DNA of 38,882 nucleotides from an uncultured virus (IMG/VR IMGVR_UViG_2061766007_000286) (lineage: Duplodnaviria; Heunggongvirae; Uroviricota; Caudoviricetes), in IMG/VR virus record IMGVR_UViG_2061766007_000286; one strand, given 5' to 3'. Within the stretch, counting starts at the first letter, position 1; each line of letters opens with the position of its first letter. A program made the position numbers and the translations under genes. The notes under the pieces were generated by a model that was not told the DNA's origin, did no database searches, and worked only from the letters and a program-made list of their open reading frames with translations. Positions 29,538 through 38,664 of this stretch are shown here, piece by piece.

Positions 29538-30950
29538 TTATTGGGCATATTCCAAGAGCATTTCCATGATCTGCTCATCGGTCGGCTCAACACCTGAGAT
29601 GTACATTTCGCACATTCTATTTGCGACCTTTTCCAGCACGGATCCATAATTTGGACCTGGTTGAATTCCGATCTCCCTCATCATCCTGGATATGCTGTTG
29701 AACCTTGGTACGGCTTCACGAATCAACATCCGGACAGTTGGGATAAGATCCGCATAATCACCGTCGTCGCCGTATATGGCATGATTGACTTCCCGCAACC
29801 GGTCGAAGTCCTTGTTCTTCACAACATTTATAGCACCGATCGGATCGAGCTCTCCGAGCCGGCGATAATTATCCAGATTCCGGTAAATGAAACCGACGCT
29901 CCTTATCTGCTCGACCGTGCACCGGAAATACTGCATTGCAGCCTTCGCATCGTTCGTTCCGTAGAACAGCAACGCCAGCGATACAATGACATCTTTGTCC
30001 ATCTCGGCGAACAGCGGATCTGTTGCTCTCGTATCTGCCAGGTCTCTAGCTTTTTCCCAGTCGATGAAGCTGTTTGGATCTATGATCTCGCCACACCCAG
30101 TATCGTTCATAAGCGACACGACAGAGGCGAACTGCTTTGCTCCGTACTCGGCGGTTTTTATCAGCTCGTCTCGAACGCGTTCCATCGATATCCTGTTCAA
30201 CTGCCCCTTGCAAGCGATCATCCCCTTCAGGGTATCTTCCGCTATTGTCATGTCAAACCTTGCGGCAAAGCGCATTGCACGGATTATGCGTAGGGCGTCT
30301 TCGGTGAAACGCTCCGTCGGGTCTCCGACGGTTCGCAATATCCTGTTTCGCAGGTCCGCCACTCCGCCGTTGTAGTCGATAACATTCCCGTCCGCGTCGA
30401 TTCCCATTGCGTTTATTGTGAAGTCTCGGCGCCTGGTATCGTCCTCGAACGAATCGGTCCACGATACATTGTCAGGATGGCGGCCGTCGCTATAACCGGT
30501 TTCTGTTCTGAATTGAGTTACCTCGAACATGACACCATCGTTTTCCACGAGAATCGTGCCATGCTTCTCACCTCCGTTATCGGCCGTGTTGAACGCACGC
30601 TTCAGTTCTGCGATTGGCATATTGGTTGCGATGTCCACGTCATGGACGTCCTTGCTACCGTTGACGATGTCGCGCACGCATCCACCGACTATGTATGCCT
30701 CGTAGCCGTGTTCGTTTATCTTTCGCATCAGATCGATGCCTTTCTGGATGTCAGGATCCGGGAAAGAACTCCAGTCTATTTTATCGCCGTTCTCCGTGGA
30801 ACGGTCTGGTGTATGTTCCGGTTTTGCGTAATCATCTTCTCCCTCGAAAACAACCTTTCTGATATCGTTTATGCTTTCGCAAACCGGGCCGGGAAAACCA
30901 GCCCTCCGAAGATAGTTAATGAAGTCCCATTCTTTTTCCGATTCGTTCAT
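29538..30950 (-). CDS. cca: Class II tRNA nucleotidyltransferase (CCA-adding enzyme) with N-terminal leader extension
   Basis: YIVGGCVRD..DVDIAT, EVTQFRTE, RRDFTINAM, RFTEDALRIIRAMRFAARF, SMERVRDEL, GIQPGP.YG..L. TATAAACT at 30982-30989. Confidence 0.92.
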   Translation of the reverse strand: MNESEKEWDFINYLRRAGFPGPVCESINDIRKVVFEGEDDYAKPEHTPDRSTENGDKIDWSSFPDPDIQKGIDLMRKINEHGYEAYIVGGCVRDIVNGSKDVHDVDIATNMPIAELKRAFNTADNGGEKHGTILVENDGVMFEVTQFRTETGYSDGRHPDNVSWTDSFEDDTRRRDFTINAMGIDADGNVIDYNGGVADLRNRILRTVGDPTERFTEDALRIIRAMRFAARFDMTIAEDTLKGMIACKGQLNRISMERVRDELIKTAEYGAKQFASVVSLMNDTGCGEIIDPNSFIDWEKARDLADTRATDPLFAEMDKDVIVSLALLFYGTNDAKAAMQYFRCTVEQIRSVGFIYRNLDNYRRLGELDPIGAINVVKNKDFDRLREVNHAIYGDDGDYADLIPTVRMLIREAVPRFNSISRMMREIGIQPGPNYGSVLEKVANRMCEMYISGVEPTDEQIMEMLLEYAQ

Positions 30951-30991
30951 GAATCAAATTCTGGAAGCATCGTACAGTGTAAGTTTATAAC

Positions 30992-31020
30992 AAAAATGGG
31001 CACTGGTTGGTGCCCGTTTT
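30992..31020 (-). terminator. Terminator after the WG-repeat gene, abutting the late motif of cca
   Basis: AAAACGGGCAC/GTGCCCATTTTT hairpin on the minus strand. Confidence 0.7.
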
Positions 31021-31047
31021 GAATTGTTATGTGAAAGGCAGCTAATT

Positions 31048-32706
31048 CTATGTTATATCGTGCAAATTTCCTTCTTTGTCGATCTTATACCATTTTCCGT
31101 TCAGGCTGCCCTCGGCATATCCTTTATCGAAGAAGAAGCTGGCATTGTCAAACCACTCCTCACCTTTCCATAGGAGATTTCCGTCTTTGTCGATCCAGTT
31201 GTATTTGTTATCAAGTTCGACCCGGGCATATCCTTCGTCGAAGTTGTTGGCACCATCAAACCACTTCTCGCCTTTCCACAGGAGATCCCCGTCCTTGTCG
31301 ATGAAGTTATATTTTCCGTTCAGTTTGACCATGGCAGGTCCTTCGTCGAAGATGCCGGCATAATCAAACCACTTCTCGCCTTTCCATAGGAAATTCCCGT
31401 CCTTGTCGATCCAGTTGTATTTGTTATCAAGTTCGACCGTGGCGTATCCTTCATGGAAGCTGCCGACATTATCAAACCACTCCTCACCTTTCCATGGGAG
31501 ATTCCCATCCTTGTCGATGAAGCTCCATTTCCCGTTAAGTTCAATCCTGGCATATCCTTCATCGAAGTCACATGCATAATCAACCCACTTCTCACCATTC
31601 CACAAGAAATTCCCGTCTTTATCGATGAAGTTATATTTTCCGTTCAGTTTTACCACGGCATATCCTTCGCTGAAGACGTCGACACTATCAAACCACTCCT
31701 CCCCTTTCCATAGGAGATTTCCGTCTTTGTCAATCCAGTTGTATTCTCCGTTCAGTTCGACCCGGGCATATCCTTCATAGAAGTTACTGACATAATCGAA
31801 CAAACTTCTGTCATGCGTCTCGTTATACTTTTCAAGCTTCTCTCTGAAAGTATAAATACCCCTGGAATGCAATTCTTCCAACGAGAACGGTTTAAATGCG
31901 TCATAAAACGACTGACCGATTACATTGGAGATCTGTTCAACATCCATGATTGTATCGCCCTTGCCGCCGTCGTCATGGTGGTTCCACCTGCAGGCACAGG
32001 AACACAATGCAGGTCGGTTGTCGTCGTTCGCATCGTTAGTGACGAAGATACCGAACATTGACAGGCCGTATTCGTCGAGGGGGTGTCCTTCCCCTTCGAT
32101 TGGTTTCATCTTCTCAAATCCGTCCTTCAACACGAAATACGCCCGGTTTCTCCCGTTTCCCGAATATGTGTCCCATGCATCTTCGCTCTCTGTGATGCAC
32201 CATGTGTACGGTTCCGTCCACTTCGCATATTCCTGGGCTTCTTCGAAAGAGTGTATTTCGACTATGCGGTATGAATTGTTCTTCTCGTATTGCGTGGTGT
32301 TGATCCTGTTATATGTCTCTTCGGATTCCCTCGCCACATCCTTTCCGAATCTGGTCTTGAGCTGTTCGAACGAAAGGCCGTTCAAGTCTTTGTTGTATTC
32401 ATCTGCATGGGAACTGCTTATGATCTTCAGGATGTTCTTGAGAGTTGCAATGCCTATGTTGTCTTGACGATTTCCTTGGAAATCCAGGTTGTCAAACGCG
32501 ATTCTCGCGACACCCGGCTCGAACTTCTTGTTGATATAGTCGTTGTGGAAGAATTCGTTTCTGATCTTCAGCTCAAGACTCTGTGCGTCGATTGATTCTC
32601 CGAATCTGCTCCTGATGAATTCTCTTGTGGAATGCTGTGCTCTTTTGGCCGCGTCCTCCATGATCGGATGGCAGGCTAAATATCCCTGCAGGACAGCTTC
32701 GCAGAG
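31048..32706 (-). CDS. WG-repeat protein with conserved N-terminal globular domain (start in gap)
   Basis: N-domain WCIT..W..Y..DEYGLSM..CRWNH, followed by seven F.EGYA.V.LNGK.N.IDKDG repeats. Confidence 0.82.
   Translation of the reverse strand, partial: LCEAVLQGYLACHPIMEDAAKRAQHSTREFIRSRFGESIDAQSLELKIRNEFFHNDYINKKFEPGVARIAFDNLDFQGNRQDNIGIATLKNILKIISSSHADEYNKDLNGLSFEQLKTRFGKDVARESEETYNRINTTQYEKNNSYRIVEIHSFEEAQEYAKWTEPYTWCITESEDAWDTYSGNGRNRAYFVLKDGFEKMKPIEGEGHPLDEYGLSMFGIFVTNDANDDNRPALCSCACRWNHHDDGGKGDTIMDVEQISNVIGQSFYDAFKPFSLEELHSRGIYTFREKLEKYNETHDRSLFDYVSNFYEGYARVELNGEYNWIDKDGNLLWKGEEWFDSVDVFSEGYAVVKLNGKYNFIDKDGNFLWNGEKWVDYACDFDEGYARIELNGKWSFIDKDGNLPWKGEEWFDNVGSFHEGYATVELDNKYNWIDKDGNFLWKGEKWFDYAGIFDEGPAMVKLNGKYNFIDKDGDLLWKGEKWFDGANNFDEGYARVELDNKYNWIDKDGNLLWKGEEWFDNASFFFDKGYAEGSLNGKWYKIDKEGNLHDIT
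31060..31800 (-). repeat. Seven imperfect tandem 108-bp (36-aa) WG-type repeats
   Basis: Periodic AACCAC..CC.TTCCA and GTC.ATGAAG blocks every 108 bp. Confidence 0.88.
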
Positions 32707-32716
32707 NNNNNNNNNN

Positions 32717-33464
32717 CTTGTCAATGAAGTTCCATTTTCCGTTCAGTTCGACCCGGGCATATCCTTCTTTGAAGCTGCCAACACTATCAAACCACTTCTC
32801 ACCATTCCACAAGAAATTCCCGTCTTTGTCGATGAAGTTCCATTTTCCGTTCAGTTCGATCCGGGCATATCCATGCCAAAATCTGTCGACATAATCTAAC
32901 AAACTTCTGTCGTGTGTCTCACTATACTTTTCAAACTTCTCTCTGAAAGTATAAATTCCTTTGGCATGGAGTTCTTCAACCGAGAATGGTTTGAATGCGT
33001 TGTAAAAGGATTCGCCGATGACGTTTGAGATCTGATCGACGCTCATGACTTGGTCAGACCCACCGTTATCATGGTTCCATCTGCAAGTGCAAGTGCACAG
33101 CGTTGGTCTGTCCTCATCACCGATATCGTTTGTCACGATGACGCATATCATGGACAGACCGTATTCGTCCAATGGACAATTCTCACCTTTTTCTGGTTTC
33201 ATGTCATCGAAACCGTCCTTAAGGACGAAATAAACCCTGTTTCCACCATTCCCGGTATATGTATCCCACATGTTTTCCATGTGAGTCAAGCACCATCTTG
33301 AATTTGGATTGGTGTATTTGTAGTATTTCTTTGCTTCCGCGAACGATGGTATCTCAACGATTTCGTAGTCGTTGTTCCTCTCGTATTTCGCTGAACTGAC
33401 TCTCCTGTAGTCTTCTTCGGACGCGGCCGCCATGTTTTCGCCAAAGCGATCTTCGAGTTGTTCA
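32717..33464 (-). CDS. WG-repeat family paralog, internal fragment
   Basis: WCLTHMENMWDTY..DEYGLSM..CTCRWNH plus two WG repeats; clearly diverged from the 31048 copy. Confidence 0.75.
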
Positions 33465-33474
33465 NNNNNNNNNN

Positions 33475-33794
33475 CCCCTTTCCTCTTCACCGGTGGACAT
33501 CAGCTTCCCGCTCACGTTGAATCCGGCCGAATACGGATTTTCTCCCATTGCTATCCTGTCCATGTCTATCTCCACGGAATCCGTGTCGGACGCTCCGAGT
33601 ATGATGTAGTCTGGTTCCTGCCCAGGAGCACTTCCGGAATACTTGTTGTACAACGCGTCCTTTTCGGCCTGGCGTTCTTCCAGCCACTTCATCACGCCGT
33701 TTCCATGCGCATATCCTGGTATGTAGTTTCCGTCGCGCCACTGGCTTTCTTCCCGTGGCGTCATGTCGTCTCCGAATGTTTGACCGAATATCAT
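33475..33794 (-). CDS. Hypothetical late protein, N-terminal fragment
   Basis: ATG at 33794 downstream of the palindromic late motif; open to the gap. Confidence 0.55.
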
Positions 33795-33816
33795 GCTTGA
33801 ACCAGTTTCCCTAAAA

Positions 33817-33828
33817 AGTTTATAAACT
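33817..33828. promoter_or_regulatory. Palindromic bidirectional late-promoter-like element AGTTTATAAACT
   Basis: Same 12-mer as 11425-11436, again between divergent starts (33794 - and 33857 +). Confidence 0.72.
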
Positions 33829-33856
33829 ATAGTGGGAAAAGGATCCCGCACAGCCA

Positions 33857-34068
33857 ATGAATCCCGCCAACAACGCACAGCCTATCATAGCAATGGACCT
33901 GAACGGGTTCCTGATACCACCGACCAACATGAAACAGCTGGCGTTCACCATACCGATGAACGGCCCGCCTACCGGAACCGTCTCGTTCGTAGACTACGAA
34001 AACCAGATAACCGAGGGGTCCAAGATAACTTCCGTAGGCAACATCGCCACAAAATACGTGGTAGTCGG
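33857..34068 (+). CDS. N-terminal fragment, probably of the baseplate hub gene continuing at 34617
   Basis: Beta-rich start after the late motif; same strand as the headless 34617-35727 ORF. Confidence 0.5.
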
Positions 34069-34078
34069 NNNNNNNNNN

Positions 34079-34606
34079 ACTTTTTGGATTCGTGTATTCG
34101 TAGTATTTCTTTGCTTCCGCGAACGATGGTATCTCAACTATTTCGTAGTCGTTGTTCCTTTCGTATTTCGCTGAGCTGACTCTCCTGTAGTCTTCTTCTG
34201 AGGCAGCGACCATTCTCTCTCCGAATCTTTCAGACAGCTCATCAAACGACATGCCATTGAGATTCGCGTCATACTCATCCTTGTGAGCATTGCTAATGAT
34301 CTTCAGAATCCCCTTTAGCGTCTCCATTCTTCTGACATCGTAGTTTTCTCTTTCCATTCCGATGTCATCAAACACAATCCTGGCAACACCTGGCTCGAAC
34401 TTGATATTGGCATATTCATTATGGAAGAACATGTCGCGGATTTGGCGTTCAAAATAATCAACAACCGTTTGTTCTTTTCCACTTGCCGTCAGTATAGGTT
34501 CTCCGTTCTGGTCTCTTGCAACATCATTCGAACGGTCTTCACCGATTCTCGTTCTGATAAAGTCTCTTGTTTTGCTGGCGGCACGTCCTTCGGCATCCTC
34601 GAAAAT
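34079..34606 (-). CDS. WG-repeat family paralog/allele, N-domain fragment
   Basis: IFEDAEGRAASKTRDFI..KFEPGVARI..YEIVEIPSFAEAKKY, homologous to the other copies. Confidence 0.7.
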
Positions 34607-34616
34607 NNNNNNNNNN

Positions 34617-35727
34617 CGGCAAGACAAACACGAACTCGCTGCAGGTCACAACCTACTCGATGAACGTGAACAACCTGAACCCGCACAGCGACTGCGTTGC
34701 CAATTTCTCCGCCCAGAACGCTAGCACCCTTTCCAAGCAGACAGTCGCCATGTCCGGTACCTCCATGGACTGCCTGAAGAGACTTCTCGAAAAATGCGGT
34801 TTCCAAGTCGACGTGAAGCTCGACAAGAACGACAAGCTTGCAAGAGCCGACGAAATGACCTGGAGGTTCGTCCAGGACAACGTATGGGACCAGCTCAACT
34901 GGATAACCGAGCACTCATACCGTCCAAACGACTTCATGTTCTGGGCATACGACGACACCACCGGCAAGTTCAAGGTATCTTCCTTCAACACTGAAAAGAA
35001 GTCCGATCCGGTAAAGTACATGTTCGTGCAGAGCCAAAACGCGATGCGCGACAATCTGGAAGCCGCATTGCACAACGACAAATACGATGCCGACGTCTTC
35101 TTCTTCGACGCATTCTCGAAAACGGACACCCTCGCGTCGAACATGGAAGCCATATTCCCGAATGTCATAATATCCGGAACAACGTTCGACAAGAAGGGCG
35201 GTATAATAGCCATGGCACTCACGAAGCTGCTTGGCAATGACGGAACGACCGGAACGCAGTTCTCCCAGTTCCTGAAGTCGCAGGGAGATACCAAGCAGAA
35301 GGATATAGCGGCAAGATGCGGGTTCACAGATACCGACGTTGCACTTGGACCGCTTCAGCTGATAAACCACTTCCCGCAGAACGTCCATAGATATTATTCC
35401 ATCGCGCCCGTGTGCAGGAAACGCGAGCTGGCAACCTATTCGAAGATGGTCAAGCTATATGTAATCAACAACATCGGACCATCTGTCGGCAGCTATTGCG
35501 ACTTGTTCATACGCACACCGGACAGAGCCCATCTGGACAATCGGTACAGCGGCGAGTATATACTGTTGCAGAAGACGATAAGATTGAACAACGTGATGAA
35601 ATCGCTTACCGGCGACAAACCGGCGCAGACGCCTATCATGGTCACGGAAATGCTGTTCGTGTCAGACCAGTACAACCTGCTGCAGACGGACAAGTACGAT
35701 GAGATCTACAAGGAAGTGATGGCCTGA
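34617..35727 (+). CDS. Baseplate hub-like protein (T4 gp27/gpD-like), 5' end in gap; allelic duplicate at 38675-38882
   Basis: W..LNWI..HS......FWAYD and C-terminal P.VG....L......YSGEYIL pattern typical of hub proteins. Confidence 0.55.
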
Positions 35728-35731
35728 CGCG

Positions 35732-36263
35732 TCATCGACTAATTTTCCCGTCTTTGTCGATCTTGTACCGTTTTCCGTCCTGTTCGACCTCAGCGTATCC
35801 TTCGTCGAAGTTGTCGGCATCATCGAACCACTTCTCACCTTTCCATAGGAGATCCCCGTCCTTGTCAATGAAGTTCAATTTTCCGTTAAGTTCAACCCTG
35901 GCATATCCTTCTTTGAATCTATAAACCTGGTCAAACCACTTATCCCCGCCACCGATCAACTCTCCATCCTCGTCGATGAAGCTTTGTTTCCCGTTCTGGT
36001 CGACGACTGTGGCATATCCTTCAAAGAAGAAACCGGTATCACGAAACCACTTCTTACCACCACCGATCAATTCACCATCTTTGCCGATTAAGCTGCGTTT
36101 TCCGTATGCCCCAACTTTAGCGTAACCGTTATGGAAATCATTTGCGCCATCAAACCACTTATCCCCACCACCGATCAACTCTCCATCCTTGTCGATGAAG
36201 CTCCATTTCCCGTTAAGTTCAATCCTGGCATANNNNNNNNNNCTCAACAAATGCTTTATTCAT
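35732..36263 (-). CDS. WG-repeat family protein: C-terminal repeats (35732-36232) and a probable start MNKAFVE (36243-36263) across a gap
   Basis: Repeats with the ELIGGG.KWF variant; ATG at 36263 follows TATAAACT at 36290-36297. Confidence 0.72.
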
Positions 36264-36318
36264 GATATAACTCGGCGTCGCTTGACAATAGTTTATAACA
36301 AAAACGCGTGTAAATCCT

Positions 36319-36340
36319 CCTCAAAAAATACTATATTATA
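36319..36340 (+). promoter_or_regulatory. Promoter-like element CCTCAAAAAATACTATATTATA upstream of uvsW
   Basis: Exact match to 8376-8397 (minus). Confidence 0.65.
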
Positions 36341-36369
36341 CACGAGGTGCGTCGACCGCATCCCACAAC

Positions 36370-38106
36370 ATGGCTACTATATACTGTTCGAAGGCGCAAG
36401 GCAACTATGCCAAGATAGACTTCCTCGACTGTACCGAGGAAGAAGCGTCCACCATCAACAAACACATATACAACTGGTTCTCCTACTTCAATGAAAAGAA
36501 AATGTTTACATGGGAGTACGAACAGGGAAGAACCGACGCGGTCGAGCATATCTATGACGCCAAAAAGCATCTTCTTCCAATCGGCCTGCTACCAATGCTC
36601 AAGGTCAGGACGAAGATGTTTCCAAACTACAAATTGGCCATATCGGACGAAATACGTGCCCTTTTTACGCCAAAAACGCCAATAACAGAAGAAAGCATCC
36701 GCGAATACGCGGAGACTCTTGGTATGGTCAACAAGGACGGCAAGAAGATAGTTCCATATGACCACCAGGTCAGGCTGATCCTCAAGGCAATCAACGGCAG
36801 GCGCATGTCTCTCATGGCATGCACTTCGGCCGGCAAGTCGCTTGCCATGTACATAATGTCCCGCTACCTCCTCGAAAAGGAACGCAAGAAAGTTCTCATA
36901 ATCACGCCTTCCTCAGCCCTTGTCGAACAGCTGTACTCCAACTTCAAAGACGACTACGGCTGGAAAGAGGTCGACGATTACTGCACGCTTATCCACGGGG
37001 AATCCAAGGACAAGCTGACCGCATCCGACAAGCAGAAGCTTTCCGATCTCAACCTGGGCGAAGAGGTCATGCTCAAGGATATCACGATATCGACTTGGCA
37101 GAGCCTCCAGAACAAACCGGACAAGTTCTTCACCGTGTTCAATGCCGTCATAATCGACGAGTGCCACGGAACGAGGGGCGAGGTCATCCGCGAAATCCTG
37201 GACAAGTGCGTCAACGCGGAAGACTTCAAGGTCGGCGTATCCGGCACGTTGCCGGACAATGGACTGGACGCGGCTTTGATCGAATCTGCCCTCGGGCGAA
37301 AAGAAGTCGTCGTCCGCAGCTACGAGCTAATCCAGAAGGGAGTTCTCTCCCCGCTGGAAATATACGGCATACGCATTCCCTATCCTCAGGATAAGGCGAT
37401 GTACATGTGCCGGCAGAACTACAAAACCGAGTTCGCTGTGCTCACCAACAACGGATCCCGCAAAGTGGTCATGGATCTGCTCATATCGAGCGGGTACATC
37501 AACACCGAGCAGAACACGGTCATTCTATACAAGAAGAAGGATACTCTGGAAGATATGCATCAGTACCTCCTGGAAAAGTATCCGCAGTTCAAGTACCACG
37601 TGATCATAGGCGAAGTGTCTCCGCTGGAACGAGATAAAATGCGTGGCGAGGTCAATTCCTCCAAGGGGAACATAATCATCGCCACCTACGGCACCATGAA
37701 GCAGGGCGTCAACATCGAGTTCCTGCACAATCTGGTTTTCGCAGAGTTCTCCAAGTCCATGTACGAGGTGGTCCAGTCCATCGGGCGCGTCATCCGGTTC
37801 CACAAGGACAAGGAGATCGCACGCGTATACGACATTTTCGACGACTGCTCCTATACCACCCGCGGCGGGAACACGAAGGAAAACTATTCTCTCAAGCACT
37901 ATAAAACGAGACTCAAGTACTACAAGGACGACCTTTTCCCCGTCAAGGAAATCAATCTCCGAGGCGTTTTTGAAGGTTCCATAACGGCGGACCCAAACAA
38001 GAAGAGCAAGCCGAAGAAGGAACGCAAGACGACCGGACGGAAAAAGAAGGAAACTAAGGCCGTTCCGAAGTTCTACGCCAAAAATTACACACCGCAGGTT
38101 TGGTAA
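36370..38106 (+). CDS. uvsW: UvsW-like SF2 DNA helicase
   Basis: PYDHQ, TSAGKSL (Walker A), ISTWQSL, IIDECH, G.SGT, IIATYGT..GVNI..LHN, QSIGR..R. Confidence 0.93.
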   Translation: MATIYCSKAQGNYAKIDFLDCTEEEASTINKHIYNWFSYFNEKKMFTWEYEQGRTDAVEHIYDAKKHLLPIGLLPMLKVRTKMFPNYKLAISDEIRALFTPKTPITEESIREYAETLGMVNKDGKKIVPYDHQVRLILKAINGRRMSLMACTSAGKSLAMYIMSRYLLEKERKKVLIITPSSALVEQLYSNFKDDYGWKEVDDYCTLIHGESKDKLTASDKQKLSDLNLGEEVMLKDITISTWQSLQNKPDKFFTVFNAVIIDECHGTRGEVIREILDKCVNAEDFKVGVSGTLPDNGLDAALIESALGRKEVVVRSYELIQKGVLSPLEIYGIRIPYPQDKAMYMCRQNYKTEFAVLTNNGSRKVVMDLLISSGYINTEQNTVILYKKKDTLEDMHQYLLEKYPQFKYHVIIGEVSPLERDKMRGEVNSSKGNIIIATYGTMKQGVNIEFLHNLVFAEFSKSMYEVVQSIGRVIRFHKDKEIARVYDIFDDCSYTTRGGNTKENYSLKHYKTRLKYYKDDLFPVKEINLRGVFEGSITADPNKKSKPKKERKTTGRKKKETKAVPKFYAKNYTPQVW

Positions 38107-38582
38107 ATGGCAACCGCGCTGATAGGAATCACTACATCAACCGACATACCTATACGGCATAACGCCACGGTAGATCGCCAGAACAGCCTCCCGGACATAA
38201 CGATCATGATGCCAGGCAAGTCGTTGCCTGACCTGGACAAGACCATACGCAGGCTTTTCTCGGGCGGATATGATTCCGTCATAATAGTTGACATGGACTG
38301 CGAGCTGCAGAGAGACCTTGTGAAGATTCACAGAAAAATGCTTCGCGGTCAGGAACCAACCGTTACATATTTCCCTATAAGAGAGAAGCGGCGTGGATCA
38401 TTTATAATAACAAAGAACATCAAACCGGAGTTCGACCGGAACAAGTGGAAAACCGTCAGGAGCATACTGAACGGAAACCACCTTTCCATTTCCAACTTCG
38501 GCATCAACAAGTCGGCGTTCGACCTGATATCGAGCGTCAACGAAAAAATGTATGGAGAACGGGCTTTGTTCCCGAAACCCCT
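38107..38582 (+). CDS. Hypothetical protein, possibly degenerate GT-A fold (3' end in gap)
   Basis: YDSVIIVDMDC (DxD) and ISNFGINK segments; abuts the uvsW stop. Confidence 0.45.
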
Positions 38583-38592
38583 NNNNNNNNNN

Positions 38593-38664
38593 CGCGAGAT
38601 ACCCCCGCAGAACCGCTTCGCAGAGTTCCCGTTCACCAGACATGTTTTCAAGTCTGTAAATGAA
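38593..38664 (-). CDS. Fragment of the WG-repeat family leader
   Basis: FIYRLENMSGERELCEAVLRGYLA, a variant of 26149-26220. Confidence 0.5.

Noticed and set aside
31060..36232. WG repeats as a CRISPR array or diversity-generating retroelement target
   Set aside because: The repeats are in-frame coding units without unique spacers. No reverse transcriptase or non-coding template repeat is visible in the window.
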